Positions 12,805-25,399 of a DNA stretch of 64,000 bases are shown here, in pieces. Position 1 is the stretch's first letter; each line of letters starts with the position of its first letter. The position numbers and the translations under genes were made by a program. This DNA is from Octopus sinensis (Eukaryota). The notes below the pieces were generated by a model. That model ran no database searches and had not been told where the DNA came from. It saw only the letters and a program-made list of their open reading frames with translations. Where the stretch lies: NCBI RefSeq assembly GCF_006345805.1, contig NW_021834346.1:1-64000 (forward strand), in the 5' to 3' direction.

Positions 12805-13222
12805 TTATTTAGCACCCTAAAACTTAATGAATATAAAATACATACATAAACGATTACGTCGTCCATGGGTTTTGTAGTTTCAGTAGATTTAAATTTGGTC
12901 GTTTCTTTAAAATAGGTCAATTAATGAGGCCAATACCAGTTGGATCTGGCTCTTCAAGTTCCCTTATTGCTATATCAACTGCTGGTGACATTGCATTTAA
13001 CCCTGAATTACGATGCTTATATTTTATCAGTTATTTTTTTACTTTCGGAATGATTTTGTTTTTTAACGCTTTAAAGAAATTCAAAGCTATAGATGGTTCT
13101 AAGTTATATGTTGAAGTTTGTTTCCCGTTTCCAAGATCGATTTCAACGTACATTGTACGCACAAGAAAAAACAGAATTGAAAAAATCTAGGTATTAAAAA
13201 AGTGAAACACCAAGAAAATCAT
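12805..13222 (-). CDS. Small secreted protein, paralog 1 (5 exons, 101 aa, unknown family)
   Basis: Exons 13222-13211, 13186-13043, 13015-12937, 12904-12846, 12816-12805; GT-AG introns of 24, 27, 32, 29 nt. MIFLIFSILFFLVRTMYVEIDLGNGKQTSTYNLEPSIALNFFKALKNKIIPKHRNSGLNAMSPAVDIAIRELEEPDPTETTKFKSTETTKPMDDVIVYGAK*. The frame is preserved in paralog 2. Confidence 0.8.
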
Positions 13223-13529
13223 GGTATTCAAGATTGTTCTATATTTTATTTATTTTTTCGATTTAAGGTTATATTATTAAAAAATTTCGCATAATTATAA
13301 AAAAATTAAAATATAATAATTTTATTATCAGTTTTCATTGCCAATATTAATTCTAAGTTTTAATATAATTACTGCGGCAGCAAAAAATTAGATTATCAAG
13401 CTAAAATTTTTAATTTATTCATTTTACGATGAAATTATTTTTAATATTTAAATTTCTTTTTTTTGATTTATTTTAAAGTAATTTATATTATTCCCCTAAA
13501 AAATTGATTTTTTATTTTAATAAAACAAA

Positions 13530-14110
13530 GAATCGCGATCTCTCTCAGTGTCGGGCTGAAAATCTGCCAGGCGCACAAATGCCGCTGTGGGGGAACTGTT
13601 GACAAGTACGGTTTGCACCCCCTCGCCTGCCGTCGGAGTGCCGGTCGTGCCCCCCTTCACAGTGAACTCAACTCGATCATATAGAGAGCCCTTGCTTCCG
13701 CCGGCGTCCAATCAATCCTTAACCTGTTGGACTGGATCGAGAGGACGGCAAACGCCCAGACGGCATGTCCACCTTTCCATCTTCTCTTATTTGGGATTCT
13801 ACCTGCTCGGACACGTTTTCATTCAGAAATATTGCTCTGTCCGCCGCCGATCTTGGGAACGCTTCGAGGCAGGCCGAGGATCGAAAGATTCTCAAGTACG
13901 GCAAACTTTCCAACTCGCTGTTCTTTACTACAATCGCCGTGGAGTCCTCCGGGATCTTCGGCTTTAAGACACTTCGCTTCCTTTGCTCGCTCGGTCGACG
14001 GATTTCAAGGACAATTCACAATTCAAGAGAGTCATCTTGGTTCCTGGAACGTCTGTCGATTGCTGTGATCCGAGGGAACGTAATTTATATAGATATCGTC
14101 AGCATTTGAA
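13530..14110 (+). mobile_element. CRE-clade non-LTR retrotransposon 3' fragment (CCHC finger + RLE endonuclease)
   Basis: CRCGGTVDKYGLHPLAC...[14 protein letters not shown]...LIWDSTC...AVESSG...ERLSIAVIRGN. Confidence 0.8.
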
Positions 14111-14493
14111 TTTCGATTAATTTCAAAACTAATCAAATAAAACTCTTAAAAGTATTAAAACTCCTAGATTGAATAAGAAACAATATCAATCTTCAAAAAT
14201 AAGCAAAATATGGGATTCATACAGATGAGATATCTGTCATGTAAAATGATCAAATTAGGCATAATTTTGCTTAAATCATTTTGAGTAAAAAAGACTGCTT
14301 TCCTCCATTATATGCAGGTAAAAAATTTTATTTTTAGATAAAATAAGAATGTTGCGAAGTAAATAATGTCCAGTTATAATTTTGTGTCAATATTGGAAGG
14401 TAAATGTTTTAATTGACTATTTAACCTATTATTTTCTTCAATATCTTCAAAAATATATTGTTTGTTCATTTCACAACACGAGATGACAATATA

Positions 14494-15160
14494 CAGTGAA
14501 CCCTCGTAAATTGGTCATTTTTGGTACATGAAAATTTTAAGGTTAATTTGAGAAAAAATCAATACTTTAAAAATTAAAATAAACACTTTTAAATTTAATT
14601 AAAATAAAATCTAATCCCTAATTCCTTTTTATTTGCCCGTTTTAGGTTTGCTTTATATCTTTAATGGAATAAGCTTGTAGTATAATGCAGTTTCATCCAG
14701 ATTATAGATTTGATTAGGTTATACAATTTAGAAATTTTTTAAAATTCTTGACGAAAAGAATTAATGTCAACTACTTTATCACTTCGCATCTCTCCGTGTA
14801 ATTTTAGCATTCTAAAATCGTGCATCTTTTTGAATTTTGCCAGAAATCTTTTAGAATTTTTAAAGTTATTAAGTTCTAACTCTTCGGCAAAAGCGCAGCC
14901 TTACACGATATTAAGGAATTATTTAAAAAACCGCCTAAAAATTAGTCGGACAAATGCATCATATAATCGTAGGCGCATCTTAGTCGAAATTTGGTTTTCT
15001 TCCTTGTGGTTTATAATATGTGTTTTTTTTATAAAAAGTGAGCCGAGTATAACATTCAAGATAAATTTTGGAAGATATGTGATTAAAAATAGTTTATTTA
15101 CTAGTTAAAAAAATAAATTTAAAAAATTATTTAAAAATTTGTTAATTTGCGATTGGTTAG
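14494..15160 (-). mobile_element. Deletion derivative of the Tigger family at 19856-21674
   Basis: One TIR (TA-CAGTGAACCCTCG) and internal sequence colinear with pieces of 19856-21550; the other end is lost. GATGACAATATA is repeated on both flanks (14482, 15161). Confidence 0.85.
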
Positions 15161-16089
15161 GATGACAATATATTTTAGATCCCGCTCAAATTCGTCAGGA
15201 ACAAGTTAAAATAACGTCTTTTCTCTTCAAAAAATTAAGTTACATCTTCGTAATGTTATTCTACAATTTTGAAAATAGACTTAACAAGGTCAAAAAATTT
15301 AAAATCTTGGAAGCTCAATGTTGTATTAATAGGAATATTGTAGGTCTTATAGTTGATGTTTGATTCTGAGTGCAAATTCTGTTAATAAATTATCAATAAA
15401 TGTTCAAATACTAACAGATTTATTTTATAATAAAATCAATATGCTAGGTGTAGTTTTAAAAAAGTACCACAGTAGAAATAGCATATTTACAAATACAATG
15501 CGATAATTGAGGTTGATTTTATTTGGGAGAAAATCTCTATTTGAACTAAAAATAAACAAGAAACGAGACAGATATTTAATTAGTAACTAATAAAAATGAT
15601 AAAGAAAACAAAAATGTAAGTAAGTTTACTCACTTAAACAAATAATTCTTATAGAAATTAGAGAAAATGACTAGAAAAAAAGTATGAGACATCATTTTTG
15701 GTTTGTTGAATCTAGATGAAATAAAACATCATATTCAACTGTCAAAAGTGGATTTTTATATTTTTATTATATAAATATAACTAGCATGAATAAAACTCAG
15801 AAATTCCAGATCTACTAGTAGTCATTGTTCACAAAATATAATCAAAATATTGTTTCATTCAATGAAAACAATTCTTATTAACGTTGTAGTTAGTTATAAA
15901 TCCTTTTGAAAAAAATCAAAAAATTATCAATCTCCTTACCGATGATAAAAGTTAAAAAACAATGCATTGGAAGATCTTTGTAGGAAAAGATTTTTTTATA
16001 ATAAAAAGCAAGATCATTTGATACTTTGTTTGAGGAAGCAATATTTGCCAATTTCAGTATCACTAAAGCAATGTGATGATTCAAATCAC

Positions 16090-16740
16090 ATTGTTGCTGA
16101 TGCGGCTAATAAAAGATTTTAAGTCGATCCTGATTGATTGTAATTGGCTGATATATTCAAAAAGTTAAACAAACTTAATATCAAATTGCAATGACACAAT
16201 ATCGACTATATTCATTGCAAAGAAGCTATTATGTCATTTTAGGGAAAACTTGAACTTTATTGTATTAATATTAAACGGAACGAGTTATCACAATTTCCAA
16301 ATTTATCAAAATTGCAAAATATTCTATAGGACGAGGATTTACAAGTTTATATATCATCTCAAGAATATATACATCAATTTTAAACACAATATAGAAATTT
16401 TTCAATTGCATTATCTCGCTATCAATTATTGATTCATTCATTATGATATTTTATACAGTTGAGATCTAGATCCTAGAAGAGACAATAGATTTGCAATCTG
16501 ACATCATGGCAATTCAAGGTTTTGAAAAACATTAAAAAATGTTTGTATACACACTGATTTACCAAACAAATTTCCTAATCTGTGGACAAGGGGTCAATTT
16601 TTTATTGCTTTTCCATCAATTTATTTTGTTGAATGCGGCTTCGTTAAGTAGTATCTCTTACGAAAACGAAAAAAAGACTTTTGGTTGTCAATAAAAGTGA
16701 TCTACAAATACCATTGTAAAATATTGAGCTTGATATAACT
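16090..16740 (+). mobile_element. Buster/SCAND3-like hAT transposase remnant
   Basis: LADIFKKLNKLNIKLQ...FLGKLELY...QFPNL. Confidence 0.7.
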
Positions 16741-17183
16741 AAGTAGGTAAAGGGAATATGAATTGTTTTTTTTAAAATTATTTATTAAGGTTTGATTTTT
16801 TAACAATGGCCATGTTGTTCAGTATCACCAAATTTTTTATTGACGGAAGAAGAGAAGGGTCCTCGCGTAAACGAAGTGCTGAATATCTTCGAAGATGAAG
16901 CGAATGTCTAAGCGGGTCAATTTGATTTTTTCAGCTGTTTGCAAATCCCCATCATCGCAAGAATCACTCAAACTCCTCGTATCAGTTGGTTTTCGAGAAG
17001 GATACTGCTCAAAAAACCATTTTCTAATTCGTCGGGATTTTCTGTGACAAGCAAAGAATCAAAGTTCATGAACTCATTTTGTATCGGCATGTCGTGAGGA
17101 AAGTCCAATTCTGTTACAGCATAAAGGGAGTGGTAGCCAAACTTATTGAGCTGTACACCGGAGCGGCTAAAATTTTCAATTTA

Positions 17184-18380
17184 CAGTAAACCAAAATAAA
17201 AAACGAACACTACATTTTTCAAAAAAAATATCTAAATAGAATTTTAACAATATATAAACAATAACTAATATTTTTATTTTTGCAAAAAAAATATATTTAC
17301 CGCCTTTTACGGCAAAAGTATAATCTGAACCAAAATAAAAAACGAACAAAATTTTATTTACAAATTAAAATTTAGTATGCCCACCACGTGTCGCAATTAC
17401 AGACAATATTCGTTCACTCTACCAATGATTTTGCATAATCTACTCCTATCTCATTCCAAATTTTTGTAATTCTTCAAAAAGTTCCTCTTTTTTGGAATAC
17501 GATTTCCCCCTTATTTTTGCCTTCATATAGCTCCATACGTGTTCAATGGGGGTTAAGATCCGGGCTTTGCGCTGGCCAAGGTAGCAATTCGATATTATTA
17601 GTCTCAAAGAATATTTTTGCAAGCACACATGTGTGTTTTGGGTCGTTGTCCTGTTGAAAAATTTGATCAATAATCCTATTTTTCCAGAAATGGCAACAAA
17701 TTGTTTGCCAAAATGTTAACATACAATGATTCATTCATTATTTTTTTATCCAAACCAGATTACTAAAATATTCAGACGTTAATGCACCACATATCATCAC
17801 ACTTCCTTTTCCAAATTTTACGGTTTCAATAATATTACGTGAAACAAACTTTTCGGATTGTTGTCTCCATACAAATCTTCGTCCGTCGTTGTTTACTAAG
17901 TTGAATTTGCATTCGTCGCTGAATATAACGTGATTTCAATAAGTAGATGGTAGCATATTCCATCTTTGACAGATTTCCATTCTTCGTTCTTTGTGTTTTT
18001 AGTAAGATGTGGTCTTTTAGTAGGCGGAAATGCTTTTAAACCTCTTTGTTTTAGTGTATTTCTAATTGTTTCAGGTGTTACATTTTTTCCAGTTTCTTCT
18101 TTCAGTGCCTTCGCATATTTTACGCAATTAAAATTTGGATCTTCAATCCTTGCCTAATTGATTTTTTAATATCTTGTTCATTTAGGAGCCGGGGACGACC
18201 AGAACCATATTTTCTTGTGCTTGGAATATTTTGTTTATATTTTCGAATTGTTTTCGATATGGTATCAAGTGATCTTCTACACCATCTTTTAGTTATACGT
18301 TGTATTACGTTGTATTTTTTTTAATATCAAATATTTTTCTCCTCCTTTTTATCGATATTTAAATATTTTTCTTTTTATTA
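17184..18380 (-). mobile_element. Tc1-family transposon, one end lost
   Basis: TA-CAGTAAACCAAAATAAAAAACGAACAC terminus with an internal copy near 17326; motifs IFSDE, FQQDNDPKH, WPAQSPDLNP. Confidence 0.85.
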
Positions 18381-18399
18381 CTCAGATAAAACGGAGCTT

Positions 18400-18720
18400 A
18401 CAATGTTTACGCATACTGATCAAAGACCCGAAAATCACGGAGAAGGCAAAAGAAAGTGGGCTCGCTTCTAGGAAACTCTGAAAATGTTATTCACAGGAAA
18501 ATCTTCGCTATTAAGTGCATTGAAAATAACATTGGTTATATGGAGTCACAAGAAGAAAATAAGACTAAATAACAGGCTCGGGAAATATAAAGCTCTTGTC
18601 ATTCCTGTTCTTAATTATAACTCTGGCAGGTGGGAAATCTCTAAATACACAATGGACAGTTTTTCTTTATTATCTATGCTAGATTTAGTCGAGACTTCCT
18701 TTCTAGGATGTTCTATCTGA
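18400..18720 (+). mobile_element. RTE-like LINE remnant
   Basis: RLGKYKALVIPVLNYNSGRW post-RT motif. Confidence 0.5.
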
Positions 18721-18789
18721 CTACGCCGCTAATGTTATTTATAACCTTAGGTGTGACCCTAGGTGTGTAAAAGAATCACTTACAACGAA

Positions 18790-19070
18790 TTGTCTTCTTC
18801 CAGAAAAAAATATTTTTGACTAACAGCCGAGAAGTTTAGAAAAGTAAGAATAAAAATGGTTCCGCATGTCGCGTCCCAAACAAGCAAATTTCCACATTTG
18901 AAGGGAAAGATCGTCATTTCATCTGAGCATTTCCCGCCTTCGCAATCAAGCCCAACAGATTCAAACATTAGCCGCATCGTATACTCTTTTAGAGATTTCA
19001 TTAGAAACTTCCAGCACTGTAATTGCAGGAGACGGGATGAAGATAATGTAGCTGTTCCGAGACAATGAAA
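18790..19070 (-). mobile_element. CRE-clade fragment
   Basis: MFESVGL...MTIFPFKCGNLLVWDATC. Confidence 0.7.
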
Positions 19071-19301
19071 TGTTTAGTATAATAACTATTTTTTGTATTT
19101 AGATAATTGACCCTACCGATCCGAACATTAACAATAGATAAACTAAAAATCACTATTAGTTTTCAAATTTTTTGAAAATGTTCAAAATTCAAAATTGTTC
19201 CAATTTCTCGATTTGCTAAAATTTTGTCTTATTTTTAATCAATTAATAATTTATTAAAGCCGAACAAGACTGGTTAAAATAAATATTGTTAGTAAATTTA
19301 T

Positions 19302-19755
19302 TTAAGCACCCTAAAACTTAATGAATATAAAACACATACATTAAGGATGAAGTTGCCAAAATATTTTGTAATGTCAAATGTAAAATCAATTAATGACGAC
19401 AATATATTATTCTTTGTGAATTTAGATTTGGTCGTCTCTTTAAAATAGGTCAATTAATGAGGCCAATACCAGTTGAATTTAAATTTTCAATTTTCCTTAT
19501 TGCTATATCAACTGCTGGTGACATTGCATTTAACCCTGAATTACGATGCTTATATTTTATCAGTTATTTTTTTACTTTCGGAATGATTTTGTTTTTCAAC
19601 GCTTTAAAGAAATTCAAAGCTATAGATGGTTCTAAGTTATATGTTGAAGTTTGTTTCCCTTTTCCAAGATCGATTTCAACGTACATTGTACGCACAAGAA
19701 AAAACAGAATTGAAAAAATCTAGGTGTTAAAAAAGTGAAACACCAAGAAAATCAT
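19302..19755 (-). CDS. Small secreted protein, paralog 2 (5 exons, 113 aa)
   Basis: Same four intron positions and sizes (24, 27, 32, 29 nt). MIFLIFSILFFLVRTMYVEIDLGKGKQTSTYNLEPSIALNFFKALKNKIIPKHRNSGLNAMSPAVDIAIRKIENLNSTETTKSKFTKNNILSSLIDFTFDITKYFGNFILNGA*. Exon 4 is 39 nt longer than in paralog 1 and stays in frame. Confidence 0.8.
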
Positions 19756-19855
19756 GATATAAATTATTCAAGATTGTTCTATATTTTATTTATTTTTTTG
19801 ATTTAAGGTTATATTATTAAAAAAAATTTCGCATAATTATTAAAAAATTAAAATA

Positions 19856-21674
19856 CAGTGAATCCTCGCAAATTGGCCATTTCTGGTACATAGAGATTTT
19901 ATGGCCAATTTGAGAAAATGGCCAATTTGAAAAAAATCAATATTTAAAAAATAAAATAAACACGTTTAAATTTTATTAAAATAAAATTCAATCCCTAATT
20001 CCTTTTTATTTGCTCTTTTTACATTTTCTTTGTATTTTCTTATTGCAGTAATCAGCGAAACATCATTCTCATTTTCTGCATTACAGTAAAGTTGCCTTTC
20101 TATTCTAGTTAATGTCTTTGCAATATCTTTTCTATCGAGTGGATATATGATTTTTGTCTCTTCGTCGCTAATTTCAGACTCTTGATCCTCTTGTAAACAA
20201 TTTTCGTTTATATCTTGATCTTCTGTGTTTTCGATATTTAGAAAATCTTCGCTCATTAGAGGATCGAAAATGTCAGTTCTTTCAATTTCAGTCTCATAAT
20301 GTTCAATTAATGTATTTTCGTGATTAGATTCATTTAAAATCTTAAAACATTTTGAATAGTTTCAGTAGATACGTCATCCCAAGCCATATTAACAAACAAA
20401 ATTGCATCTTTTAATGTCAATTTTTTGTATGAATTGTATACAGAAATATTTTCAGTCTCCAGCAAATCAGTTAAGTACTGTAGCTTTCTTCTCATGAAAT
20501 GAGTCTTGAAGGTTTTTATAATTCCAATATCCATTGGTTGTAGTAATCCAGTAGAATTTTTAGGAAAAATAAAATCTTAATACAATCCAAGTTTTGAGGA
20601 ATAGAATGTGCAGGACAGTGGTCTATTAGCAATAAAATTTTCTTCTTTTTAATTTTAAGCTGGAGATCAAAGCTAATAATCCAATCAATAAAAATAGATC
20701 CAGTCATCCAAGCTTTCTGTGAGCTATAATATGAGACAAGACATCCATAGTCAAAATTTTAAAACATCTAGGCATTTTTGGTTTTCCAATCATCACAGGT
20801 TTCAATTTATGACTTCCGGTCATGTTTGAACAAAGCATAATAGACACACGGTCTTTAAAATTTTTGTATCCTTGGAATCGGTTTCTGCATACGCTTTTCG
20901 ATGGAATAAGCTTGTAGTATAATGCAGTTTCATCCAAATTATAAATTAGATCAGGCTTATACGATTTAGAAATTTCTTTAAATTCTTCACGAAAAGAATT
21001 AATGTCAACTACTTTATCTGTTCGCATCTCTCCATGTAATTTTAGCATTCTAAAACCGTGTCTCTTTTTGAATTTTGCCAGAAATCCATTAGAATTTTTA
21101 AAGTTACTAAGTTGTAGCTCTTCGGCAAAATGCGCAGCCTTACACGATATTAAGGAATCATTTAAAAAACCACCTAAAAATTGGTTTTCAATTAATACCT
21201 TTAGACTCTATTGTATCCATCCATTCGATCAATTTTTCTTCAAGCGTAGGAAATTTTGGTTTGTGAGCAGCTTTATACGAATTTTGATAGATTTTCGAAT
21301 CCCGTAAAATAGAGTCTTTATTAAGCAGTAGATTATTGATCGTCTTTCTCGAGATCGTCTTGTGGAATAAATGTGAGAATCTGTCAGCCAGAAGCTGACA
21401 CGAAACACTGTCATTTTCTTCCTTGTAGTTTATAATTTGTGTTTTTTCAAGAAAAGTGAGCCGAGTATAACGTCCACGAGAAATTTTATAAGACATGTGA
21501 TTAAAAAAATAGTTTATTTTCTAATTAAAAAAAATAATAATTCAAAAATTGTGGCCAATTTGAGAATTGGCCAATTTACTAAGAAAATTAATTTTTTTCT
21601 TAGTAAATTGTGAAAAAATTGGCCAATTTAAAAATGGCCAATTTGCGAGGTGGCCAATTTGCGAGGATTCACTG
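19856..21674 (-). mobile_element. Full-length Tigger/pogo transposon (second family), decayed ORF
   Basis: TIRs CAGTGAATCCTCGCAAATTGGCCA, TA TSD, subterminal TGGCCAATTT repeats; motifs YNLDETA, LLIDHCPAH, MDIGIIKTFK. Confidence 0.95.
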
Positions 21675-22349
21675 TATAATAATTTATAAATTTCAAAATT
21701 GTGGCCAATTTAAAAATTACCTAAGACAGTCACTAACCCAGGTTCCGCCAGTGACAAAAATTAGATTCATCCAACCTGGATGAAAAAAATCACGTGCAGG
21801 AGTACATTAATTTTTTTCTTAAAAAAAAACTGTCACGTAATCAGATGTAATTAAAAAAATGATAAAAAATTATCCTATATAACACAGTCAGTGGAAATTC
21901 TTTTAGAAAACTCGCAAACATTGTTTGATTTTGTCTCTTAAATCATACTAATCTTTCATAATAGAAGTTTAACACCAGCCGCGAATAAGCTATATTTATA
22001 AACTTTAGAGTGTTAAGTTCACAATACTTTACGGTGAGTACTTGCATCTTATAATAATCATGTCTAATAAATCTCGTTTGAAGCTTCTTGATAGAAACTT
22101 TCACCATAAGAGGATTAAATGATGAACTTAGTACCTGGGGATTTACAAAAAAATCATATTTGTCGCTGGATTCTTTCAAAAAAATCAGTTAGGAAGAATC
22201 ATTGGCATATATTGGCCACACAAAATATCCAATGAAAGTCTTTATAAAATGTGCAGTTTGCGGCCTATAAATATTGATCTGCTGAAAAGCCGTTGGATAA
22301 ACCGAAACCTAGTCTAGTTGAATTGGAACAAAATGACAATATTCAATGT

Positions 22350-22750
22350 TAATTATTTTATTTTTTAAATGTTCTTAATTTATCAAATTAAATACAATAT
22401 ATTTTTCACGTGTTTGTGTTGTCTATTTCTGTTGTTAGTTTTTATTTTATTCTTTCTTGCTATCAATGTTTTATTTTCATAATATTTTCGTTTTTTATTT
22501 GTTTGAAGATTAATTAAATTGACTGCTTGTAAAATATCCTTGATAAAGGTTTATTTTGCAAGTGAATTTGTATTCATTTTATTAATCTCCATTCATATGG
22601 ATTTGTTTTAATTCGATTTATTTATTTCTGTTATTTTTATTTCAGTTATTTTGCACCATGTAAGTCCTTCGATTCCTTGGTTGCTCAGATTTATCGAACG
22701 ATTATTTCATTTATTATTCGTTCCGAATTATTATTTTCCCATTCGATTAT
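22350..22750 (+). repeat. AT-rich dispersed repeat family copy
   Basis: Colinear with 4075-4490. Confidence 0.85.
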
Positions 22751-22799
22751 TGGTAATCTACAATTTTATTCAATGCTTTATATCTTATTCTAATTCTAT

Positions 22800-23890
22800 T
22801 ATTAATAAAGAAAGGACAAGAGAAAAATCGTCCTTGGCAGATAGCCAGAGTATTGCCTATGGCTATTGCTTCGTTCGGTTAAATACCGGTGCTCACACGG
22901 GTCGCCGGTAACCCTTTCGATTAATGAGCCAATCCGCTGGAGTAGGGTCCGAGTAGAAGGCCCCTGTATTCCTGACGTCTCAACAGTCAGGGGGACAAAC
23001 ACTCTGCCATTCCCAATTCCAGCGTATTTCTCAACCTTTCTCTTCTCAGCCCGTTCAGACGGGGCTCCTGGATTTTCGATACATAACTTGATATTCTGAT
23101 TGGAAAAGGATTTCACGCACGTGACGTCCCAAACCAGACACTTTCCCCTCTGAAATGGAAATGTGGTCATCCCATCGGGTCTTCTGCCGTCCTCTACGAA
23201 AATCCCTTCAATGTATAAATCTCGGAGAGCATTCAGAGTTGGGAGGAGAAATCTCCAGGCCTCTCAGAAAAGGAGCGATCCCATGTAGTAAGCCCATCTG
23301 AAAAAGCACCGTCCAGGCAAGATCCGAAAGGTTTGAGTAGGATCTCAGAGGCCAGGTTGTTGCACATCGAAAGGTAGGATAGATATGCCAGAAGTGCCAA
23401 ATCGGATGCAGTACGGATTCCCGCACCTCCGAATCTCAGTGGGAGCGAGCATTGGGCCCATCCCGGAGCATCGAAATGGACGTTGAGGATGGATTCAGCA
23501 GCTTTTTTCAGAATGGCGTTGTATGGAAGGAAGGAGTAGATCCATTTGCAAGATACAGGGATTGCTTCTGAGGGTGAAGATAAGTTTCGGCAGATGGATG
23601 CTGTTCTTCAGGAGGAAAAAGGAAGTGTGTGAGTCCAGGATAGATAGGTTGGTTGAAAGTCTTTGAAAGTATTCGGTTTTGACAGAAAGCATGCATCAGA
23701 GCTTTGTGTCGGACAGGGATCCACCGAGAAAGGTGACATCATCGATTGGGGTAACGTTGGCGCCAGGGAGGGTTGCTCTGAGGCGGGCCACAGCGGATTG
23801 GAAGTCGGCCTCCGAACAGGAGACATTGATGATCTCGGTCTTAGGATAAATGGAGAAAAGAATCTGCAACTTCTTCAAAAAAACACTTTC
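22800..23890 (-). mobile_element. CRE-clade retrotransposon, about 1.1-kb 3' portion
   Basis: DDVTFLGGSL (RT end)...RPDGMTTFPFQRGKCLVWDVTC...VETSG...RYLTER. Confidence 0.85.
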
Positions 23891-23899
23891 TAGTTTTTC

Positions 23900-24300
23900 T
23901 GTCTATTCCACCAAATGGCCTGGTCGCCAATGACCTCGATGGTACTTTCTGTGAAAAATGACCCCGCGAAGAACTGTTGTGACTTTAGAAAAGACCTCCT
24001 CATACCGCACGACCTGTCCGCGAGATTCAAGGAACTCCGACAGCCAGCGCCTTAGACACGGAGAAATCCTACACGTGGCGAGGGAGCTCCGGAGGCCGTC
24101 GTGGGACACCGAGTCGAATGTTTTTTCAATGTCAAGACTAACTAATATACCACACTCTTTTCTCTGGAGGGCGCACTTCATTTCCGAGGACACCTTCCAC
24201 AAGCAGTCGCCGCACGAATGGCCCTCTCTGAAGCCCCATTGGAACTCGGGGAGGCTATCCGCTACCAGAATGATACTTGTGTATTACAACATGAGATGGA
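23900..24300 (-). mobile_element. LINE reverse transcriptase fragment
   Basis: LDIEKTFDSVSHDGL...WLSEFLESRGQVV...VLRGV. Confidence 0.8.
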
Positions 24301-24489
24301 GCCACTGTACTTACTTTCTTAATTTTTCTTCAAATAAAGTTTTAGTGAACAAAATAAGCAAAACATTAATCAGAACATGTCTTATATAATTGATAAATTT
24401 TCAAAGAGAACTGAATTCCTAATCAAAAACTTGCCTATTAGGTTTCAATAATTAATTTTTTAAAGCAACATCTTTCCACAATTTTTTTA

Positions 24490-24730
24490 TTATTAAACAA
24501 TTCGCGGTTGAGACTTCCGGTTCCTTGGGCAGTAAGGCAATCAGCTTCGTTCAGGAGATCGGGTCCCGCATGTCTGCTATCACAGGCGACGCCCGCGAAT
24601 CGAGATGGTTTTTTGAGCGGATATCCCTTGCGATAGTACGCTCTAACTCTTTCTCGATCGCGTCGGCTTCCCGCCCATGAAGCTTTTAATTAATTAACTT
24701 GTAGTTATTATCAAATAAAAAAAAATTAAA
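24490..24730 (+). mobile_element. CRE-clade extreme 3' end with A-rich tail
   Basis: AVETSGSLG...TGDARESRWFFERISLAIVRSN...* then AATAAAAAAAAA. Confidence 0.8.
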
Positions 24731-25399
24731 ACAATCAAAAGAAGAAAAAATGGATACTTTTAGGCATCTAGAAAAAACTATATATAGACCCTGGTTTTTT
24801 TATACTTCAAAAAAATTAAGTAGCTGTTGTAGAATTTAAGCAAAATCCCGTTTCATGTATGACCTATTAGAGATCATCCTCACATTCCAATCAGAAAATC
24901 ACAAAATATTTAAATGTATTAGTAAAATCAATTTAATGAATGTCAATTTTTAATTCCCCGATGTAATAAAATTATTTTCTGTCATTAAATTACTTGAATT
25001 AAGTGGGACTGCAAGATTTATAGATTTAATAGAATATCTCTTATTTCTAATATATTCACGAAAAAATCTAATCTATATAACATGAGAATTTACATGAATA
25101 TTGCTGAAATAACAACGAAAATGCTGAAGAATAATTTTAAAATGAATATTTTAGTGAAAATCATTAAATGTGAATATTTAATAATAATCAATAAGAATTT
25201 ATTTGTTGCAACTATGAAACCTAGACGAAAAATCACTTAATAAAGTTGATTATATTTAAATTAAGTATTTTATAGATTTTAAAAGCTAACAAAAGTTTTA
25301 TTTTTATGAATAATTAAAAAAATAAAAGCCATAATTTAATATCTCTCTAGTTTAGAGATTAAGCAATAATAATAATTTTGTTTAATGTCAGAGGAATCG

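Noticed and set aside
12924-13190. Plus-strand ORFs MRPIPV... here and at 19457-19723
   Set aside because: Antisense shadows of the spliced minus-strand genes.
15165-15700. Possible additional micro-intron gene on the minus strand
   Set aside because: Three exons splice in frame (NLHSESN...|NNITK|IRYFNLFLTNLSGI*), but I could not connect a start codon, and GT/AG pairs arise easily by chance in AT-rich DNA.
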